NCBI GenBank assembly: GCA_963781585.1
Contig: CAWAGQ010000010.1
Location: 256,001 to 320,000, forward strand
DNA: 64,000 nucleotides
Direction of reading: 5' to 3'
DNA from: an uncultured Gemmatimonadaceae bacterium
GTDB taxonomy: Bacteria > Gemmatimonadota > Gemmatimonadetes > Gemmatimonadales > Gemmatimonadaceae
Part shown: in pieces, positions 58,450 to 64,000 of the stretch
How the letters are laid out: each line of letters starts with the position of its first letter
Numbering within the stretch: the stretch's first letter is position 1
Made by a program: the position numbers and the translations under genes
The notes under the pieces: generated by a model
The model's database searches: none
What the model saw: only the letters and a program-made list of their open reading frames with translations
Told to the model about the DNA's origin: nothing

Positions 58450-61308
58450 CTACTGCACGACCTTCTCCGGGAGCAGCACGAACCGGATCAGGCGCGCCGA
58501 ATCGAGGTACTTGATCGCTGCCTGACGGATCTGATCGCCGGTGAGGTTCCTGATGAAGTTCTCGTAGGTCACGAGCCCTCGGGGGTCCTCGCCATTCTGG
58601 ATCCGGCCGGAAATGTTCGATGCCCACCAGCTGTTCTGCCTGAGCGAGACTTCCTGAGTGCGCTGCTCCTGCTCGCGCACCTTCTGCACGTCGGCGTCGG
58701 ACACCCCGTTCCGCTTCACGCTGTCGATGATCGCCATCGCGCTCTTGTACAGCGTGTCCACCTTGTCGGGGGCCGAGCCGAAGCTCACGGCCACTTGATA
58801 GTCCTGCACCGGATATTTGCTCCCCGACGGGCTCACGCTCACGGAATAGGTACCACCCAGCGCCTCGCGCATCGTCTCCAGCATCTTCATCTCGAGCAGC
58901 TCGCACAGCGACCGGAGCGCATACCGGGATTCGGGCGTGTAGGGCGCCTCCCCGGTGAAGAACATCGCCGTGCTGGCCTTGGGCTCGCTCCCCTTGCGGA
59001 CGATCTTCTCCATGGCGGTCGAGGGCGTGCGAATCCCGACATCGCGCCACTGCTCATGCCGCCCGGTGCTGGGCAGGGATCCCAGCCACTGCTCGACCAG
59101 CGGGCGCAGGGAGTCGGGCGTGATGCTGCCCACGAACGTGACGGTGAGATCGGAGACGTCGGCGAAGCGGTCGCGGTAGATGTCGTACGCGCGATTCAGC
59201 CGCACCGTCGCGAGCAGGCTGGTGTCCAGCGGCCGCGCCCTGGGATGATGCTGCGACATCGTGACGTCGATCGTGTCCTGGAAGGCCACCTCCGGCTGAT
59301 TCTCGCGGTTGGCGAGGATGGTATTGAACTGCGCCCGGAGGGCGTCGAACGCCGAGGAGTCACGGCGTGGCGCGGTGGCGCGGAGGTAGAGGAGCTGGAG
59401 CATCGTCTCCAGATCCTTCGGCGAGGCGCTGCCGGTGAATCCTTCGGAGAGATCGCTGATGTACGACCCCACGCGGAAGCTCTTCCCGGCGAGCTTCTTT
59501 CGAAGCTCGATGGCATCGAAATCGGCCACCCCCCCGTTCTCGACGATCAGGCTGGCGAGTGCGCCCGAGACGAACTCACTGTCGGGAACGAGGCTCAGTC
59601 CGCCCGGGCTCCATGCCTGCATCACCACCTCGTCGTCCTTGTAGTCCGTGGGCTTGACCAATACCCGGATGCCGTTCGAGAGTCGCCACTCGGTGACGCC
59701 GAGCTCGGGGATGCTGTTCTCGGCGACCACCCGCCCCGGCGTCGGCAGCGAGGCCACCAGCGGAGCCTCGGACACCGTCTCGGTATAGGCGGCCACCGTC
59801 TCGGCGTCGGCGCGATGGAACGCCGCCAGCAGGTCGCTCTCGGCGGGCACCTTCGCCTCCGGCTTGTCGGGCGCCGCGACCGCCACCACCCGGTTGGTGT
59901 CGGTAATCCACTGCCTGCCTAACGCGTTGACGTCGTCGAGCGTCACGGCCGGCAGGACCGCCTTGGCGGTCTCGAACTCCCACGCGATACCCGGCGACGG
60001 TTCGCCATCGAGAAAGAAGCGGATGTACTCCTCGGCGAACGATCCCGATTCGCTCTTGTCGCGCTCGGCGTACGCCGTCTCGAGCCCGCGAAGCATCGAC
60101 GCCTTGGCGCGCGCCAGCTCGCTCGCCAGAAACCCGTGCTCGTCCACGCGCTTCGCCTCACGCAACAGCGCCTCGAGTCCCGGCACGATCCCTCCGTCCG
60201 GCACCACCGCCGCGAGGAAGTACACGTCGCTGGACCGCACGAACGGCCCGTAGCTCGACGACGCGAAGGAGAACGGCGCGTTGGGCCGCTTGGTGATTTC
60301 GCTCAGGCGGCTGTTGAACATGCTGTTGTAGAGATCGCGCACGAGCATGGTGCGGTAGTCGGCCACCGATCGGAGCGGAGTCGGGACGTGCTTGTACAAG
60401 ACCTCCACGGTCGAGACGTCCTGCTCGTGGTCGGTCGCGATCGTCACCAGGGTGGAGTCGTTTCCCGGGACCGGGACCACCGGCCGCGGGCGCTCGTTGG
60501 ACGGCCCCCGCAGCGCCGAGAACCGCGACTTCACCAGCGCTTCGATGCTGTCCGGATCCACGTCGCCCACCGCAATCACCGCCATCAGATCGGGCCGGTA
60601 CCAGTCATGATAGAACCGCCGCACTGGCGCCGGCGTGGCGCCACGGATGACGTCGGGGAGGCCGATGGGCAGTCGGTCCGCGTACCGGGATCCACGGAAC
60701 AGCACCGGAAACTGCTTGTCCCGGATCCGCGAGTCGGCGCCCAGTCCCAGCCGCCACTCCTCGAGGACCACGCCGCGCTCATTCACCGTTTCGGTGGAGT
60801 CGAACAGCGCCCCGCTCGCCCAGTCCTGCAGCACATCGAAACCACGGCCCACCAGCCCCGGCTTGTCCGTGGGGATCGGCAGGATGTAGACCGTCTCATC
60901 GAATCCGGTGTAGGCGTTGAGGTCCGCCCCGAAGCGCACCCCGATCGACTCCAGATACGAGACGATGTCGTTCTTCTTGAACCGGCGCGTCCCGTTGAAC
61001 TCCATGTGCTCCACGAAGTGCGCCAGCCCGCGCTGATCGTCGTCCTCCAGCACCGAACCCGCATTCACCACCAGCCGGAGTTCCAGGCGGTGTTCGGGTC
61101 GTCCATTGTGCCGGATGTAATAGTGGAGCCCGTTGGGCAGCGTGCCGGCGCGAACGGCGGGGTCGAGTGGAATCGGCGCGGTGGGAGCGAGGGCCGGCGC
61201 GGACCGCCCGGTGACTCCTCCGCCCTGGGCGGGCGCAGTGGTCGCGAGCGCGACGAGGGCGCCGGCTCCGGTGAGGATGATGCCGATTCGGGACGAGAGA
61301 AGGGTCAT
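58450..61308 (-). CDS. M16 family zinc protease (PqqL-like)
   Basis: GLAHFVEHM inverted zincin motif, LNAYTGFDETVY and ERGVVLEE. Confidence 0.92.
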   Translation of the reverse strand: MTLLSSRIGIILTGAGALVALATTAPAQGGGVTGRSAPALAPTAPIPLDPAVRAGTLPNGLHYYIRHNGRPEHRLELRLVVNAGSVLEDDDQRGLAHFVEHMEFNGTRRFKKNDIVSYLESIGVRFGADLNAYTGFDETVYILPIPTDKPGLVGRGFDVLQDWASGALFDSTETVNERGVVLEEWRLGLGADSRIRDKQFPVLFRGSRYADRLPIGLPDVIRGATPAPVRRFYHDWYRPDLMAVIAVGDVDPDSIEALVKSRFSALRGPSNERPRPVVPVPGNDSTLVTIATDHEQDVSTVEVLYKHVPTPLRSVADYRTMLVRDLYNSMFNSRLSEITKRPNAPFSFASSSYGPFVRSSDVYFLAAVVPDGGIVPGLEALLREAKRVDEHGFLASELARAKASMLRGLETAYAERDKSESGSFAEEYIRFFLDGEPSPGIAWEFETAKAVLPAVTLDDVNALGRQWITDTNRVVAVAAPDKPEAKVPAESDLLAAFHRADAETVAAYTETVSEAPLVASLPTPGRVVAENSIPELGVTEWRLSNGIRVLVKPTDYKDDEVVMQAWSPGGLSLVPDSEFVSGALASLIVENGGVADFDAIELRKKLAGKSFRVGSYISDLSEGFTGSASPKDLETMLQLLYLRATAPRRDSSAFDALRAQFNTILANRENQPEVAFQDTIDVTMSQHHPRARPLDTSLLATVRLNRAYDIYRDRFADVSDLTVTFVGSITPDSLRPLVEQWLGSLPSTGRHEQWRDVGIRTPSTAMEKIVRKGSEPKASTAMFFTGEAPYTPESRYALRSLCELLEMKMLETMREALGGTYSVSVSPSGSKYPVQDYQVAVSFGSAPDKVDTLYKSAMAIIDSVKRNGVSDADVQKVREQEQRTQEVSLRQNSWWASNISGRIQNGEDPRGLVTYENFIRNLTGDQIRQAAIKYLDSARLIRFVLLPEKVVQ

Positions 61309-61546
61309 CGTTACCTGGCGTGCAAGAGGGTCCTGCGCAAGATAGGGGGAATCGCGGGCGAGCGCGTGACGAGACGCGGGTTTCCGTCAGAAGACCATGG
61401 CAACGCGACCGGGCCGCGATGCCGGGCGGGCGCCCGGGGGCGCCCCTGGTCGATGGGCGCCACACCCCGCGCGGGTTTTGTCGGAAACAGAACGGCGGCC
61501 CGGGAAGACCAACCGGGCCGCCGTCACACGCGCTGTGCCGTTGCGC

Positions 61547-62176
61547 CTACTGTTCCAGCGTCGCGCGAATCACCGGTTTGAAGAGCAGCCCGTTCTGCAT
61601 GATCGTATTGCCGCGCAGGACGAAGCTGTTGCTCACGTCGAAATCGACCAGAACGGTGGTGGTTCCGCCGTCATCGATGGTAATGGGTGAATCGAGCAGG
61701 ATCTTGATACCGGACTTCCCGGCGGACGGAAACTTGATCGATGGATCGGACGTGCCGGTCAACGTGGTCCCGTCCTTCAGGGTGACGCTGGACTGCGCTA
61801 CGTCCACGATCAGCCGCAGGCTCTGATAGCTTCCGGCGGCCAGCATCGCCGAGCCGATCGTGGCCACGTTGCCACCGCTCAGGGCCAGCAAATCGATGAC
61901 CTCGTTAGGCTCGGCGACGGTCGACCAGCCGTCGGCGGCCGATGTCGCCGCCTCCAGTTCTTCTTCCGCATCCGCATCGGTGGTGCTCGCGGTCTTCGCA
62001 TCGACCCGGACGATGAAGATGTCGACGCTGCTCACCTCGTCGGTCGGGAACGGCGCATCCATCAGCCGCACCACCAGCTGGCCTCGACCAGACGGCGGAC
62101 CGGTTGACGAATCGCTCGCACAGGCCCAGCCCAGCAGGGCCGTCAGGACGAGCGACGTTCTTCCAGGGAATTGCAT
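61547..62176 (-). CDS. DUF4382 family lipoprotein
   Basis: Lipobox-like GWAC, VRLMDAP, IDLLAL, GSYQSLRL, VDFDVSNS and FKPVIRA. Confidence 0.82.
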   Translation of the reverse strand: MQFPGRTSLVLTALLGWACASDSSTGPPSGRGQLVVRLMDAPFPTDEVSSVDIFIVRVDAKTASTTDADAEEELEAATSAADGWSTVAEPNEVIDLLALSGGNVATIGSAMLAAGSYQSLRLIVDVAQSSVTLKDGTTLTGTSDPSIKFPSAGKSGIKILLDSPITIDDGGTTTVLVDFDVSNSFVLRGNTIMQNGLLFKPVIRATLEQ

Positions 62177-62412
62177 GTGACGCTCCTGGCTTTCGGAATC
62201 TCGAAACCGACACGCAACACGTCAGGCAGCAACGGGTCGGGCCGGCGGCAGCCGGACGCGCGGTTGCGCGCCACGACAACCGGTCGCGCAATCGCGCGCC
62301 CCTATTGAGTGTCATGATGCAGACGCGCGCAAGCGGTGGCGCGCATCACGCGGGCAGCGTGCTCGGCAGGACCTGCCGGTCGCGAGCGTGGGCTCCGCGG
62401 CTCAACGCGCCT

Positions 62413-62454
62413 CGCCCCCGTCTCCGGCACCGGAGGGTGCCGGAGACGGGGGCG
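62413..62454. terminator. Perfect 19-bp-stem hairpin downstream of the OmpA gene (terminator or REP-like)
   Basis: CGCCCCCGTCTCCGGCACC-GGAG-GGTGCCGGAGACGGGGGCG. No U-tract. Confidence 0.6.
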
Positions 62455-62483
62455 GCGCAGTTGACTCGTTTCGAGCGTCCGCG

Positions 62484-63827
62484 CTACTGCCTGGGACGGC
62501 ACCCCGACGACACGCCCTGGTCACCCACTGACCAGATCTCGACGCGTCGATTCACCCGATGTTCCGCCTTCGACTTCTGCGGATGCTGGTGGTCATCGTC
62601 GAGCAGCAGGCACTGCTCGCCGAATCCCTTGGAGGCGATGCGCCCGGAGGATACGCCGCCCCGGGTGAGGTAGCTCACCACCGTGCCGGCTCGCCGCTCC
62701 GACAGGCGCTGATTGTACTCGTCGCTCCCGTACGGATCGGTGTGTCCTTCGACTGCCACGTTGACGTTGGTGCGGCTCTGCAACGTCTGGATGATCCTGT
62801 CGAGCGTGTCACGCCCCGCCGCGGTCAGCGCGGATTTGTCGAAATCGAAGTACACCCAGTTCAGCCGCACCAGGAGCTCCTGTACCGCTATCGTCGCGGT
62901 GGCCGTGCCGGTAAGGCCCTGGTTGTCGGTGCAGGTGAGCGTGATCGTGTGCGATGACGGTGAGAGCGGACGCGTGAACGAACCGCCGCTCCCGATATTC
63001 CCGTCGCGGCTGGATGTCCACCGCCCACCGGAGGTGATGTCTCCCTGCTCGGGGTCGCGACAGGCTCCGGTGAATGTGATCGGTCCGGCGAACGAACCGC
63101 CGTTGGCGGGCGAGGTAATGGTCGCGACCGGCGGCTGGTTAGGCGGCGGTGGTGGAGGAGGCGGGGGAGCCGGAGCCGGCGCCGGCGCCGGCGCTGGTGG
63201 TGCTGGTGGTGGCGGAGGCGGTGGAGGTGGAGCCGCCTGATAGCATCTCCCACGAATTGCGTAGCTCAGCCCCGCGCGGAACCCCACGTTGGTGGACTTG
63301 CCGTCGAGCGTGATCGTGCTGCCGTTGAAATTGGGCGACGGGTTGTAGTCCACCGGCACGTCGAACCGGAGGCTCGTCCGTTCGTTGACGCACACCTTCA
63401 GTCCGAGGAGCCCCGTGAACGCGTCTTCGTACTCATTGCCCGCAACGTAGCCGGGGCCGCGCCGGACCCGATTCGCGTACACATTGTTCTGGTAGCCGGC
63501 TCCGATGATGATGCGGACCTTCTCTGTCACCGGAAGGCCGTACGTCAATCGGAACGCATAGGGGCGATAGGTGACCGACTTCGTGCCCTGCAAATCGTGC
63601 CAGTTGGTCTTCCCGTACTGAATGTCGCCCTCGACTCCGAAATTGTTGAAGAAGTACAGGGCGCCACGCACACCGCCCGACAGCACGTTGTCGAGCTGGA
63701 GCTCCTTGTCGATCTTGGTCCACTGACCAAAAACGCCGAGCTCGGTCGTAACGGCCTTCTGTGCTACCGCCGGGCGCACGCCCCACACCGTGGCGAGCGC
63801 CGTGACCGCGAAGAATCGATATCGCAT
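62484..63827 (-). CDS. OmpA family protein: beta-barrel, Pro-rich linker, Ig/PKD-like domain, OmpA_C domain
   Basis: Signal peptide from ATG 63827. VYFDFDKS, EGHTD, YNQRLSERRA and NRRVEI. Confidence 0.9.
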   Translation of the reverse strand: MRYRFFAVTALATVWGVRPAVAQKAVTTELGVFGQWTKIDKELQLDNVLSGGVRGALYFFNNFGVEGDIQYGKTNWHDLQGTKSVTYRPYAFRLTYGLPVTEKVRIIIGAGYQNNVYANRVRRGPGYVAGNEYEDAFTGLLGLKVCVNERTSLRFDVPVDYNPSPNFNGSTITLDGKSTNVGFRAGLSYAIRGRCYQAAPPPPPPPPPAPPAPAPAPAPAPPPPPPPPPNQPPVATITSPANGGSFAGPITFTGACRDPEQGDITSGGRWTSSRDGNIGSGGSFTRPLSPSSHTITLTCTDNQGLTGTATATIAVQELLVRLNWVYFDFDKSALTAAGRDTLDRIIQTLQSRTNVNVAVEGHTDPYGSDEYNQRLSERRAGTVVSYLTRGGVSSGRIASKGFGEQCLLLDDDHQHPQKSKAEHRVNRRVEIWSVGDQGVSSGCRPRQ

Positions 63828-64000
63828 GAAGACCTCTGGTGGAGGAGGCGAAGATCCCACCAACGTCCTTCGGGACTCTGTCTGCACCCGGTCACGCCGG
63901 GGTGGTCCCGGTACTCTGCAGCGCCACCATAATAATCAGATTCGGTAGCTTCTCCAATCCGAGCTGACTCGACTCCCGCCGAGAGGCGTCGGCGGCCGTT

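Overview
A GC-rich bacterial window. Its gene content suggests Gemmatimonadota (inference, not a database result): several secreted 6-bladed beta-propeller proteins, an orphan duplicated ABC permease, a Ser/Thr kinase with a TolB-like domain, a DUF1592-DUF1552-ankyrin module and a fused ccoNO. Most of the window is envelope and housekeeping genes, including amidohydrolases, peptidases (S10, M24, M16), a copper nitrite reductase (nirK), a LytS/LytTR pair, a complete cbb3 oxidase operon with maturation genes and an OmpA protein. The standout is an accessory island at about 18.4-24.6 kb, visibly less GC-rich, bounded by an 11-bp direct repeat and ending in an IS256 remnant. It encodes three paralogous 71-aa secreted precursors whose 45-46 aa mature parts carry 10 cysteines in one framework (C-x3-C-x6-CC-x6/7/8-CC-x6-CC-x6-C-x4-C). 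That framework resembles the eukaryotic granulin motif. The precursors surround a membrane-anchored DsbA-family oxidoreductase, with a frameshifted AraC-like regulator upstream and a secreted beta-propeller downstream. This looks like a candidate bacterial disulfide-rich miniprotein system. A second signal is the same palindrome (ATCGGCGCCGAT) upstream of both nirK and ccoNO. No rRNA, tRNA or CRISPR array was recognised.
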